Positions 1 through 10,097 of a stretch of 64,000 nucleotides of DNA are shown in pieces; within the stretch, counting starts at the first letter, position 1; every line of letters starts with the position of its first letter. The position numbers and the translations under genes were made by a program. This DNA comes from an uncultured beta proteobacterium (lineage in GTDB: Bacteria; Pseudomonadota; Gammaproteobacteria; Burkholderiales; JACQAP01), in NCBI GenBank assembly GCA_963695915.1, contig CAVOIO010000030.1, positions 5,814 through 69,813 of the forward strand, given 5' to 3'. Under the pieces are notes generated by a model that was not told the DNA's origin, did not search any database, and saw nothing but the letters and a program-made list of their open reading frames with translations.

Positions 1-1
1 T

Positions 2-544
2 TCCCGAAAGCTCCTGCACAACCGAAAGGTCGAATGTTTCGGCTACCAGCGTGACGACGGTCTCTGGGACATCGAAGGGCACCTCGTCGATACGAAGACC
101 TACGATTTCGCGAACCGTGACCGCGGCGACATCAAGGCGGGCGAGCCGTTGCACGAGATGTGGCTGCGGCTGACACTCGATCTCGACCTCAAGGTGCACG
201 AGGTGGAGGCACGCACGGTGTGGGGGCCATACAGCATCTGCGGTGACATCACCGAGAACTTCAAGGCGCTGATCGGATTGTCCATCAAGCCGGGCTGGAC
301 CCAGAGGACACGCGAGTTGCTGGGCGGCACCAAGGGCTGCACACACCTGGTGGAATTGCTCGGCCCGATTGCAACCACAGCGTTCCAGACGGTGTATGCG
401 GCGCGCGCGGAACGGAGCAAGTATTCGGGCAAACGCGAGCGGCCGGCGCTGATCGATTCCTGCCACGCCTGGGCGAGCGACAGCCCTGTGGTTGCAAAGC
501 GCTTTCCGGAGTTCTATACCGGCCCGAAGAAAACGCCAGGCTGA
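2..544 (+). CDS. DUF2889-family protein, 5' end outside the window
   Basis: The frame is open from nt 2 to the TGA at 542-544. The tail ...GGTKGCTHLVELLGPIATTAFQ resembles DUF2889 from memory. The stop overlaps the next ATG. Confidence 0.55.
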   Translation, partial: SRKLLHNRKVECFGYQRDDGLWDIEGHLVDTKTYDFANRDRGDIKAGEPLHEMWLRLTLDLDLKVHEVEARTVWGPYSICGDITENFKALIGLSIKPGWTQRTRELLGGTKGCTHLVELLGPIATTAFQTVYAARAERSKYSGKRERPALIDSCHAWASDSPVVAKRFPEFYTGPKKTPG

Positions 545-1713
545 TGCGCCCCAAACCGCTCTCGGGGATTCGCGTCCTCGATCTCACCCGTCTTCTTCCC
601 GGCCCGGTGTGCACGCTGCATCTGGCCGATCTCGGCGCCGACGTCATCAAGATCGAAGACACCGGGGCCGGCGACTATGCCCGCACGATGGGCGCAGGGG
701 TCGGCCGCACGGCACCCTTGTTTCTCGCCATCAACCGCAACAAACGCGCGCTGCGCCTCGACCTGAAAAAACCGGAAGGCGTCGAGGTGTTCCTGCGCCT
801 GGCGCGCGACGCGGACATCGTGGTGGAGAGTTTCCGCCCGGGGGTCGTGGATCGCCTCGGCGTCGGTTATGCCGCCTGTCGCGAAGTCAATCCGCGCATC
901 GTCTATTGCGCCATTTCCGGGTACGGGCAGACCGGCCCTTACCGCGATCTGGCCGGGCACGACGTGAACTATTGCGGCTACGCCGGATTCATCGATCAGG
1001 TGGGCACGGCCGGCGGCGATCCGGCGATTCCGAATCTCCAGGTCGCGGACATCCTCGGCGGCGCGGTGGTGCCGGCCATGGGAATTCTTGCGGCCCTGGT
1101 AGACGCGCAGCGCCGCGGTCGGGGACGGTACGTCGACGTGGCCATGACCGAAGGCGTGCTTTCGCACAACCTGCAGGCGCTCGCCGCCGTGGCTTCCACC
1201 GGGTATGTTCATCCCCGCGGCGAGGATTTTCTCTCCGGACGCGAACCCTGCTACGCGGTTTATCGCACCTTCGACGGCAAGTACATGGCGGTCGGCGCGC
1301 TCGAGAGGAAATTCTGGGAACGAGTCTGCGATGTGCTGGCGCGGCCCGACCTCAAGGCCTGCCACTGGGAAGTCCGCGACAGGGATCCGCAGTGGGGAAA
1401 GAAAGAACTGGGCACAATCTTCGCCGCCCGGGCGCAGGCACACTGGATCGAGAAATTCCGCGGTGAAGATTGTTGCGTGACACCAGTGCTGGCGCTCGAG
1501 GAGAGCCTCGAAGATGCGCAGATCAGGGCGCGGGGCATGGTTGTTCGCAACGGCGATTTGCTACAGTTTTCCCCACCTCTGAAAATGAGCGAGTACGAGT
1601 TTGCGGTGGAGCGCCCTGCGCCCGCGCCCGGTGAACACAGCGACCAGATTCTCCGCGAAGCGGGCTACGCCGATGTGGCGATCGGGAAATTGCGTGCAGC
1701 CAGGGTAATCTGA
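544..1713 (+). CDS. CaiB/BaiF family (class III) CoA-transferase
   Basis: 389-aa ORF. The N-terminus GIRVLDLTRLLPGPVCTLHLADLGADVIKIE is typical of family III CoA-transferases. Confidence 0.85.
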   Translation: MRPKPLSGIRVLDLTRLLPGPVCTLHLADLGADVIKIEDTGAGDYARTMGAGVGRTAPLFLAINRNKRALRLDLKKPEGVEVFLRLARDADIVVESFRPGVVDRLGVGYAACREVNPRIVYCAISGYGQTGPYRDLAGHDVNYCGYAGFIDQVGTAGGDPAIPNLQVADILGGAVVPAMGILAALVDAQRRGRGRYVDVAMTEGVLSHNLQALAAVASTGYVHPRGEDFLSGREPCYAVYRTFDGKYMAVGALERKFWERVCDVLARPDLKACHWEVRDRDPQWGKKELGTIFAARAQAHWIEKFRGEDCCVTPVLALEESLEDAQIRARGMVVRNGDLLQFSPPLKMSEYEFAVERPAPAPGEHSDQILREAGYADVAIGKLRAARVI

Positions 1714-1733
1714 ACCGGCGCGGCCTGCGCAGT

Positions 1734-2354
1734 TCAGGTCATCGGCAGCATCACGATCTTCTTGTAAGCGGGGCGTGCAGTCAACGCATCGTACCAGCGC
1801 TCCAGATTCGGCATTTCCGGATGGTCGATGGGCAGGGTCATCCAGCGCTGGATTGCGCATCCCATCGGAATGTCGCCCATGGTGAGCGCGTCGCCGGCGA
1901 CGTATGCGCGGTTCTTCAGGTGCGCATCGAGATACTCAAGAATTTCGGCGGTCTTGAGGCGCGAGTCTTCCATCGCCTTGTCGTCGCGCTGATCGGCCGG
2001 GGTGCGCACAAGGTTCCAGAACAGCGGCCGGAAGGTCGGCCAGAACGTCGTGTTCTGCCAGTCCATCCACTTGTCGGCTTCGGCGCGGACCTTGAGGTCC
2101 TCGGGCCAGAATTTGCCGGCACCGTGCTTGGCGGCGAGATAGCGCACGATCGCGTTCGATTCCCAGAGCACGAAACCGTCGTCCTCGATGGTCGGCACCA
2201 GACCGTTCGGATTGAGGTTGCGGTATTGCGGCGTGTTCACCACGCCGAAGGTGCCGCCGGCGTCCACCCGCTCATACTGAACACCCATTTCCTCGCAGCA
2301 CCACAGCGGCTTCTGAACGTTGACCGAGTTGTTGCGACCCCAGATTCTCAACAT
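1734..2354 (-). CDS. glutathione S-transferase
   Basis: The ORF-track protein is taken from the internal MLRIWGRNNSVNVQKPLWCCEEMG...NPNGLVPTIEDDGFVLWESNAIVRYL (GST N-domain). A GGGAGGG ribosome-binding site lies 5 nt upstream of the ATG at 2354. Confidence 0.85.
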   Translation of the reverse strand: MLRIWGRNNSVNVQKPLWCCEEMGVQYERVDAGGTFGVVNTPQYRNLNPNGLVPTIEDDGFVLWESNAIVRYLAAKHGAGKFWPEDLKVRAEADKWMDWQNTTFWPTFRPLFWNLVRTPADQRDDKAMEDSRLKTAEILEYLDAHLKNRAYVAGDALTMGDIPMGCAIQRWMTLPIDHPEMPNLERWYDALTARPAYKKIVMLPMT

Positions 2355-2382
2355 GGCACCCTCCCGGGTTAGGATCTTGTTG

Positions 2383-3228
2383 TCAGTTTGAAGCGCCGAG
2401 CTCGGCGAGCGCCGCATCGATCAGTCGTCTGGAAATGCTGATCTTGCTCGGCAATGCCTGTGGCAGCCGGTCTGTGGTGAACCAGCCCGCGGCCTCGATT
2501 TCGGTGGTATCGGGAATGATCTCGCCGCCGGCGTAGTCGGCGTAGAACGCGATCATCAGCGAATGCGGGAACGGCCAAGGCTGGCTGGCGAAGTATCGCA
2601 GGTTGGCGACTTCGATGCCGACTTCCTCGCGCACTTCGCGCACCAGCGTCTGCTCCAGCGTTTCCCCCGGCTCGACGAAGCCGGCGAGGGCGCTGTACAT
2701 GCCGGGGGGGAAATGCGGCGAACGCGCCAGCAACAATTCGTTTCCCCTTCTGACCAGCGCCATCACCGCGGGGGCGATGCGCGGATAGTGCGACTGGCCG
2801 CAATTCGGACATACGCGCGCCCGCTCGTTGGCTTTCGGCTCGGTCGGCGTGCCGCAGTGGCCGCAGAACTGGTGGGATCGGTCCCAGTCGACAATCTGGA
2901 ATGCGCGCCCCGCAAGCGCGAACATCGAATCGTCGAGCGCGCCGAACAGCGCACGCAATCCCGACAGTTGCATGCCCTCCGGCGGCAAAACGTTCGCATC
3001 CAGCTCGCAGGCGAAGCAATGCTGTTCGCCGAGGATGCCGAGGTACTGGCTGCGTTTCGGCGCGAGTCCGAATTCGCGCGGATCGGAAGCCGAGGGAACG
3101 CTCGTGATTTGCGCGCCGCGCACGACCAGGATCTGCGAGCCCTGGAACGCGAACCACAGCGCCGGGCCTTTCCAATCGGCCGGCGGACTGATCAGCGCGG
3201 TGAACCGATCGGGAGCGGCCAGGATCAT
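2383..3228 (-). CDS. nudC: NAD+ diphosphatase (NADH pyrophosphatase), Nudix family
   Basis: Starts MILAAPDRF at 3228. It has the zinc ribbon CGHCG...CPNCG and the Nudix box GFVEPGETLEQTLVREVREEVG, followed by SQPWPFP. Confidence 0.85.
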   Translation of the reverse strand: MILAAPDRFTALISPPADWKGPALWFAFQGSQILVVRGAQITSVPSASDPREFGLAPKRSQYLGILGEQHCFACELDANVLPPEGMQLSGLRALFGALDDSMFALAGRAFQIVDWDRSHQFCGHCGTPTEPKANERARVCPNCGQSHYPRIAPAVMALVRRGNELLLARSPHFPPGMYSALAGFVEPGETLEQTLVREVREEVGIEVANLRYFASQPWPFPHSLMIAFYADYAGGEIIPDTTEIEAAGWFTTDRLPQALPSKISISRRLIDAALAELGASN

Positions 3229-3230
3229 GG

Positions 3231-4994
3231 CTAGTGTCTTTTTGGCATGTAGAGATCGGTGATGCTGCCTTCGGCGATCTCGGCGGCGAAGAAAACGGTT
3301 TCGGACAGTGTCGGGTGCGGGTGGATGGTGAGCCCGATGTCTTCCGCATCGGCACCCATTTCCAGCGCCAGCACCGTTTCCGCAATCAGCTCCCCGGCAT
3401 TCGGCCCGACCATGCCTGCGCCGAGCAGGCGTTTGGTGTTCTTGTCGAAAATCAGCTTGGTCATTCCCTCTTCGCGCGCGGTGGCGCGCGCCCGGCCGCT
3501 CGCCGCCCACGGAAATACCGCCTTTTCGATCTCGGTTCCCTGCGCCTTGGCTTGCGTTTCGGTGAGCCCCATCCAGGCCACTTCGGGATCGGTATAGGCG
3601 ACCGATGGAATGGTGCGGGCGTCAAATGCGCGTTTGTGTCCGGCGATGATTTCCGCAGCGAGTTTGCCTTCGTGACTGGCTTTGTGTGCCAGCATCGGCT
3701 CGCCGATGATGTCGCCGATCGCATAGATGTGCGGCGCGTTGGTGCGCATGGTCTTGTCCGCCGGGATGAAGCCGCGGTCGGTGACATTCACCCCGGCAGC
3801 CTGCGCGTCGATCTCCTTGCCGTTGGGCCGGCGCCCGACCGAAAGCAGCACGCGGTCATAGACTTGCGGCTTGGGCGCGTTTTCGCCCTCGAAGGTGGCC
3901 TTGAGGCCGTCTTTCTGCGCTTCCAGTTTGGTGACCTTGGTCTTCAGGTAAATGCCCTCGTAGCGTTTCTCGATACGCTTGTGCAATGGTCTGATGATGT
4001 CGCGGTCGGCGCCGGGAATCAGGCCGTCGAGCAATTCCACAACCGTGACCTTCGCACCGATGGCGTCGTAGACCGTGGCCATTTCCAGACCGATGATGCC
4101 GCCGCCGATCACCAGCAGCCGCTTCGGCACTTCCTCGAGCCGGAGCGCGCCGGTCGAATCCATCAACCGCGGATCGTCATATGGAAAACCGGGAATGCGC
4201 GCGACGCTCGAACCGGCCGCAATTATCGCGCAGTCGAATGACACTTTCTTCACGCCGTCCGCGGTCTTCACCTCGATCATGTGCGAGGCGGTGAACCTGC
4301 CCACACCCTGCAGGACTTGAACCTTGCGTTGCTTCGCAAGTCCGGCGAGGCCGCGAATCGACTTGTCCACTACACCATCCTTCCACTCGCGCAACTTTGC
4401 GATATCGATCCTGGGCTTGCCAAAAGCGATCCCGAAGTGGCTCATTTCCTCGGCTTCGGAGATGACGCGTGCTGCGTGCAGCAATGCTTTCGACGGAATG
4501 CATCCGACGTTCAGGCACACTCCGCCCAGCACCGGGTAACGTTCGACCAGCACCACCTGCTTGCCGAGATCGGCGGCGCGGAAAGCGGCGGTATAGCCGC
4601 CGGGGCCGGAACCCAGAACCATCACTTCGGCGTGAATGTCGCCTTTTGCGATCGGTGCGGATGATGTGACCGCCGGCGCGGCGGGCGCCTTCGGCGCGGT
4701 TGCGGCAGGTGTGGGCCTGGGTGCCTCGACTTTCGCCGCCGGCGCCTCTCCGGCCGCGCTTTCGAGGAGCAGCACCACGCTGCCTTCGGAAAGCTTGTCG
4801 CCCACCTTGACTTTGATTTCTCTGATCACGCCGGATTGCGGCGAAGGCACTTCCATCGTCGCTTTGTCGGATTCCAGGGTGATCAACGCGTCTTCCTTGT
4901 TGATCGTGTCCCCGGGGTGGACCAGCACTTCGATCACTGGAATGTTCTTGAAATCGCCGATGTCGGGCACTTTGATTTCGATCAGTTCGCTCAT
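3231..4994 (-). CDS. lpdA: dihydrolipoyl dehydrogenase (E3) with N-terminal lipoyl domain
   Basis: 587 aa. It has the lipoyl motif LESDKATMEVP, an Ala/Pro linker, the FAD motif GSGPGGY, and the redox centre CLNVGCIPSK. Confidence 0.92.
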   Translation of the reverse strand: MSELIEIKVPDIGDFKNIPVIEVLVHPGDTINKEDALITLESDKATMEVPSPQSGVIREIKVKVGDKLSEGSVVLLLESAAGEAPAAKVEAPRPTPAATAPKAPAAPAVTSSAPIAKGDIHAEVMVLGSGPGGYTAAFRAADLGKQVVLVERYPVLGGVCLNVGCIPSKALLHAARVISEAEEMSHFGIAFGKPRIDIAKLREWKDGVVDKSIRGLAGLAKQRKVQVLQGVGRFTASHMIEVKTADGVKKVSFDCAIIAAGSSVARIPGFPYDDPRLMDSTGALRLEEVPKRLLVIGGGIIGLEMATVYDAIGAKVTVVELLDGLIPGADRDIIRPLHKRIEKRYEGIYLKTKVTKLEAQKDGLKATFEGENAPKPQVYDRVLLSVGRRPNGKEIDAQAAGVNVTDRGFIPADKTMRTNAPHIYAIGDIIGEPMLAHKASHEGKLAAEIIAGHKRAFDARTIPSVAYTDPEVAWMGLTETQAKAQGTEIEKAVFPWAASGRARATAREEGMTKLIFDKNTKRLLGAGMVGPNAGELIAETVLALEMGADAEDIGLTIHPHPTLSETVFFAAEIAEGSITDLYMPKRH

Positions 4995-5041
4995 GAGGAT
5001 TATTGGTGATTAACCGTCAAAGCAGAAGCAAGGACGTGAAT

Positions 5042-5213
5042 TCTCACCACTAAGACACGAAGAAGAGAAAAAAAGTATACGTGTGCAAAGCTCCAATAGG
5101 TGGATGTTCCGACCAAACACGAAGTTGGCGGGAGAGGATCACGAACAGTCACCGCGCTTCTCTCCCAATTAGTGTAAGGATTCCTGTTTGTTCTTCGTGT
5201 CTTCGTGGTGAGA
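5042..5213. repeat. IR element copy 1 (TCTCACCAC termini, CACGAAG arms, ~120 bp unique core)
   Basis: The left arm is TCTCACCACTAAGACACGAAGAAGAG. The right arm TTCTTCGTGTCTTCGTGGTGAGA is its reverse complement. The element lies between proA and lpdA. Confidence 0.85.
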
Positions 5214-5253
5214 TTTGCTTTTCTATAGTTCGCAGCCTGACCGAGGCAAGGGA

Positions 5254-6512
5254 TCACTCGCGAATTTGGCCGTCACCGAGGACGATGAACTTGAGCGACG
5301 TCAGGCCTTCCAGGCCCACGGGGCCGCGGGCGTGCAGCTTGTCGGTGGAAATGCCGATCTCCGCACCCAGGCCGAACTCGAAACCATCGGCAAAGCGGGT
5401 GGACGCGTTGACGAGCACGGAGCTGGAATCCACTTCGCGCAGGAAGCGTCGCGCCCGGGTGATATCTTCGGTGACGATGGCGTCTGTATGCTGCGAACCG
5501 TAAACGGTGATGTGCTCGATCGCCTGGTCGAGGTCATCCACCACGCGCACGGAGAGGATGGGGGCAAGGTACTCGGTGTACCAGTCTTCTTCGGTGGCGG
5601 GTTTCATCTGCGGCACCAGTGCGCGCGCCTGCTGGTCGCCGCGCAGTTCCACGCCTTTGTCGAGATAGATCTTCGCCAGCGCCGGCAGCACGGCTGCGGC
5701 GATGTTCTTGTGCACCAGCAGCGTTTCCATGGTGTTGCAGGTGCCATAGCGCTGCGTCTTGGCGTTGTCGGCGATCCGGATCGCCTTGTCGATGTCGGCA
5801 CGATCGTCGATGTACACGTGACAGACACCGTCGAGATGCTTGAGCACCGGAATGCGCGACTCGTTCGAGATGCGCTCGATCAGGCCTTTGCCGCCGCGCG
5901 GAACGATGATGTCCACGTAGTCTTTCATGGTGATCAGTTCGCCGACCGCGGCACGGTCGGTGGTTTCGATCACCTGGACCGCGGTTTCCGGCAATCCGGA
6001 TTTGCGCAAGCCCTCGTGGACGCAGGCGCCGATGGCCTGGTTGGAATGAATCGCCTCGGAACCGCCACGCAGGATGGCGGCGTTGCCGGACTTCAGGCAC
6101 AGGCCGGCGGCGTCCGCGGTGACGTTGGGGCGCGCCTCGTAGATGATGCCGATGACACCGAGCGGCACGCGCATTCTCCCCACCTGGATTCCGCTGGGCC
6201 GGTAGTTCAGACCGGAGATTTCGCCGACCGGATCGGGCAACGCGGCGATCTGGCGCAATCCTTCGGCCATGGACGCGACGTTCTTCGGTGTCAGCGTCAG
6301 CCGATCCACCATCGCAGCCTCGAGTCCTTTGGCGCGCGCAGCCTCGACATCCCTCCTGTTCGCATCCAGCAGCCGAGCGATGTCGCGCTCGACGGCTTGC
6401 GCCATGGCGAGCAATGCGTCGTTCTTTGCCCTGGTGTCGGCCTTCGCCATCTGGCGCGAGACGAGGCCCGCGCGGCGCGTCCGACCGAGTGCATGTAGGA
6501 CTGAATGTCCAC
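5254..6512 (-). pseudogene. proA: gamma-glutamyl phosphate reductase, one frameshift near 6455
   Basis: The N-terminus [19 protein letters not shown] (GTG start at 6512) is in one frame. The rest, [15 protein letters not shown]...[16 protein letters not shown], is in the 5254..6792 frame. This looks like a single-base indel. Confidence 0.88.
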
Positions 6513-6553
6513 GATTCCTAACCTCGAATTGTGCCGGGGATTTTACCCTTATT

Positions 6554-7583
6554 TCACCGGCGGCATGCCGCTCCTGCGCCGGCGCCATCAGGCTCAATCC
6601 GAGCTGCAGCAGCGCATCCCATACGTCGCCGTCGGCAAGCCCCTTGATCATGCGGTCGACCTCCGCGGCGCGTCGCAACGCGGCGATGAGCTGGGTCGAG
6701 GCCAGTCGCCGCAGCGCGGGCGGCATCAGCTCCTGGCGCGGTCCCCACACGCGCGCTCTCGCGCAACGCCTGCGCCAACGGATGTCCCGCATTCATCGCC
6801 GCCTTCACCCTTGCCATTGCCCGCGTTTCATCGGCGATCGCCCACAGACACCAGTGGTGGCGCGGCGCCCTCGCCGCGCAGGCCGTCAAGCATGCGCACA
6901 AAGTGCGCGCGCTCGCCATTGAGCAGGGCGGCGCCGATCTCGAACACGTTGTAGCGCGCCACGTCCAGCACGGCGTTCTTCACTTCGTCGCAAGGCAGCA
7001 TGCCGGCGGGAAACAGCAGGGCAAGCTTCTTCACTTCCTGGTACGCCGCCATGAGATTGCCCTCTACGCGGCCAACCAGGAAGTCGATCGTTTCGGCGTC
7101 GGCCCGCTGATCCTGTTGTGCGAGCCGGCCGGATAACCATTGCGCCAGCTGCTCGCGCTTGACGGCAGCGGCATGCACAGCCACTCCGGCACGCTCCAGC
7201 GCGTCGAACCATTTGGAAGCCAGCTGCTGGCGATCCAGTCCGGGCAACGTGATCAGGACGATGGTGTCCGCAGGCAGTGAGGCGGCCAGCCGCTGCAAGG
7301 CTTCGGATCCGTCCTTGCCAGGCTTGCCGGAGGGGATGCGCAAGTCCAGCACGCGCCTGCGCGCGAACAGCGACAGGCTGTTGCCGACCATCGCAACTTC
7401 TCCCCAGTCGAATCCGGGTTCGACGAACAGCACACGGCGTTCGTCGTAGCCCTGATTGAGCGCGGCAGCGCGGATGCGATCGGCAGCTTCGAGCGCCAGC
7501 AATAACTCCTCGCCGAACAAGACATACAGGGATTTGAGTCCGCGCGACAGATGCTGGGACAGTTGCTCGGAATCGATCCGCAT
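6554..7583 (-). pseudogene. holA: DNA polymerase III delta subunit, at least 2-3 frameshifts, 3' end unresolved
   Basis: The protein is split across frames: MRIDSEQLSQHL...LDGLRGEGAAPPLV, then [28 protein letters not shown], then [18 protein letters not shown]...[21 protein letters not shown]. Breaks lie near 6845 and 6748. No in-frame stop occurs before proA unless there is another indel near 6570. Confidence 0.8.
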
Positions 7584-7594
7584 CGGCCGGGACG

Positions 7595-7984
7595 TTACGG
7601 ATTGGTCCGCGATTCGGCGAGTTGCGAACCTGCTTCGCGGATCTTGTGGCGGATAAAGTCGCGGACGGCAGCATCCATGCCGCCAGCGCGAACATCGAAC
7701 TCGGCCCCTATGTCCTCGGCGGCAAACCAGCCATCTGCGACCATGATCGGCGTCATGTTCTTGGCCGGCATCTCTTCGCCATCATCGACGCGGCGGTGGA
7801 GGAAACCGTGTTCCGCGTTCCAGGCAAGCACACGTTCGTTGCGCAAGCGGTCATAGCAGAGCTGGAACGCGAGCACCCTCCCGGCAGCGTCCGTCCAGAC
7901 GAACAAGTCGAAGTAATCGTCCTGGAACCAGTGGCGTTCACGGGAAGCGTCGTCTTGCCTCACTCCGCGGATCTTCTGCAGCAT
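7595..7984 (-). CDS. hypothetical cytoplasmic protein (129 aa)
   Basis: Intact ORF MLQKIRGVRQDDASRERHWFQDDYFDLFVWTD..., packed tightly between ptsI and holA. I recognise no family and see no signal peptide. Confidence 0.5.
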   Translation of the reverse strand: MLQKIRGVRQDDASRERHWFQDDYFDLFVWTDAAGRVLAFQLCYDRLRNERVLAWNAEHGFLHRRVDDGEEMPAKNMTPIMVADGWFAAEDIGAEFDVRAGGMDAAVRDFIRHKIREAGSQLAESRTNP

Positions 7985-8000
7985 CCTCGAACTCAGCGAT

Positions 8001-9721
8001 TCATGCGTGCAGGAGCTGCTCCAGCTTGTCGCGATCGTCGCTCTTCAGCATCTTCTGGGTGAGCACCATGACTTGCTGCAGGTCGGACTTCAATACCTGC
8101 TGCTTCACCGACAGCAGGTACGCCGGATGCATCGAGAATTGCCGAAGTCCGAAACCCAAGCAGCACCCTCGTCAGGCGCACGTCGCCGGCCATCTCGCCG
8201 CACACCGCTACCGGCACGTCGGCGCGATTGGCGCTGCGAATTACGTGCGCCACCAGGTTCAGCACGGCCGGATGCAGCGGGTCGTAGAGGTGCGCGACCG
8301 TGTCGTCGGCGCGGTCGATCGCAAGCGTGTACTGGATCAGGTCGTTGGTGCCGATGGAAAGGAAATCGAGCTTGCGGGTAAAGGTAGAGAGCGACAGTGC
8401 CGCGGCCGGAATTTCGATCATGCCCGCCGATCTTGATCTTCTTGTCGTAGGGGATGTCGTCGTCGTGAAGGCTCTTCTTGGCCTCGTCGATCAGGTGCAG
8501 AGTCTGGTTCAGCTCGTGCGCCGAGGACAGCATCGGAATCAGGATGCGCACCTTGCCGTAGTGGGAGGTGCGCAGGATGGCACGCAGCTGGTGATGGAAC
8601 ATCTGCGGCTCGGCCAGGCACAGGCGAATCGCGCGCAGACCCAGCGCCGGATTGGGCGCAACGCGTTCGGTGGTGTCGATGCTGCTTGTCCGCACCGAGG
8701 TCGAAGGTGCGGATGGTGACGGGCAGACCGTCCATGTCCTGCACCACCTTGCGGTAGGCTTCGAACTGTTCGTCCTCGGTCGGCAGGTCGCGGCGATTCA
8801 GGTACAGGAACTCGGTGCGGAACAGTCCGACGCCGTCGGCACCGTTCTCCATGGCGCCGGCAACGTCGTCCGGCAACTCGATGTTGGCGTGCAGTTCGAT
8901 CGCCGTGCCGTCCAGCGTCGTGGTCCTGGTTTTTCTCAGCCGCCTGAGTTTCAGGCGTTCGAGTTCCCACTGTTCCTGGCGCAGTTTGTACTCGCCCAGA
9001 ACCGGTCTTGTCGGGATTGATGATGACCACGCCGCTGGTGCCGTCCACGATCAGCACTTCGTTCTCGCGGATCAGCGTGCGCGCGTGGTGCAGGGCCACC
9101 ACGGAAGGGATGTTCAGGCTGCGGGCGATGATCGCGGTGTGTGACGTGACGCCACCGAGGTCGGTGACGAAACTCGCGAACCGATGGCTCTTGAACAGGA
9201 TGACATCCGCCGGGGAGAGATCGTGCGCGACCAGGACGCTGTTCTCCTCGGGCACGCTGTGCGCAAGGACCTCGCCGGGACGCCCCATCAAAACCTTCAG
9301 TACCCGTTCCACGACCTGAATGACATCGGTCTTGCGCTCGCGGATATAGCCGTCCTCGATACGCTCGAACTGCTCCATCAGTGCTTCCATCTGCAGCTTC
9401 AACGCCCATTCGGCGTTGCATTGTTGGGTTTCGATGAGCTGTTTCGGCACTTCCGACAGGGTCGGATCGTCAAGAATCATCAGGTGCAGATTGAGAAAGG
9501 CTTCGAACTCCGGCGGCGCGCCGACGGGGAATGTGCTGTCCGAGGCCGGCGAGTTCGGCGCGCGTCGTTACCAATGCCGCATCGAAGCGGACCTGTTCAT
9601 CAGCAACCCGTGACTTGGCGATGTTGTAATGCGCGACTTCGAGCTGGGCGTGCGAAACCAGTTGGGCATGGCCGATGGCGATGCCCCCCGATACCCCGAT
9701 GCCGTGGATGGTGAAGCTCAT
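8001..9721 (-). pseudogene. ptsI: phosphoenolpyruvate-protein phosphotransferase (PTS Enzyme I), about 5 frameshifts
   Basis: Fragments span three frames: MSFTIHGIGVSGGIAIGHA, LGGVTSHTAIIARSLNIPSV, GVGLFRTEFLY, ALGLRAIRL, MIEIPAAAL...FLSIGTNDLIQYTLA, and the C-terminus ...KLEQLLHA. Breaks lie near 9515, 9003, 8690, 8425 and 8150. The total length of ~574 codons means there is no GAF domain. Confidence 0.88.
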
Positions 9722-9729
9722 GTAAGAGC

Positions 9730-9824
9730 AGGGGCGAGGGGCGAGGAGTGAGGGGCGAGTAAGTGAAACGTGAATTTTGGCTGCGCGGTATTGACTCGTT
9801 CCTCGTTCCTCGTCCCTCGCCCCT
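9730..9824. repeat. IR element copy 2 (GGCGAGG-type arms, 32 bp spacer)
   Basis: The 31-nt arm AGGGGCGAGGGGCGAGGAGTGAGGGGCGAGT pairs with GACTCGTTCCTCGTTCCTCGTCCCTCGCCCCT. On the plus strand this gives 26 Watson-Crick and 5 G:T pairs with no other mismatch. The element lies between ptsH and ptsI. Confidence 0.8.
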
Positions 9825-9827
9825 GAT

Positions 9828-10097
9828 TCATTCCCCTTCCCCGAATCTGTCATTGATGAGCCCGACCAACGCCGCCATCGCTTCGGCTTCATCAGGGCCG
9901 TTGGTCTCGACCACGACGGTCGCACCCTTGGCGGCGGCGAGCATCATTACGCCCATGATGCTCTTGGCATTCACACGGCGGCCGTCGCGCGTGACCCATA
10001 CGTCGGCGGAGAATTTGCCGGCGAGCTGGGTGAGCTTGGCCGACGCACGCGCGTGCAGCCCCAGCTTGTTGCTGATTTCAATTTCCCGTTGCTGCAT
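9828..10097 (-). CDS. ptsH: phosphocarrier protein HPr
   Basis: 89 aa, beginning MQQREIEISNKLGLHARASAKL, with the conserved GLHAR active-site His. Confidence 0.9.
   Translation of the reverse strand: MQQREIEISNKLGLHARASAKLTQLAGKFSADVWVTRDGRRVNAKSIMGVMMLAAAKGATVVVETNGPDEAEAMAALVGLINDRFGEGE

Noticed and set aside
5254-6792. 512-aa ORF that looks like a HolA-ProA fusion; also the 761-aa ORF at 51029-53314 and the 712-aa ORF at 44408-46546
   Set aside because: They are artefacts of frame breaks and missing in-frame stops. Each is a chimera of a correctly read gene part and out-of-frame read-through of the neighbouring gene.
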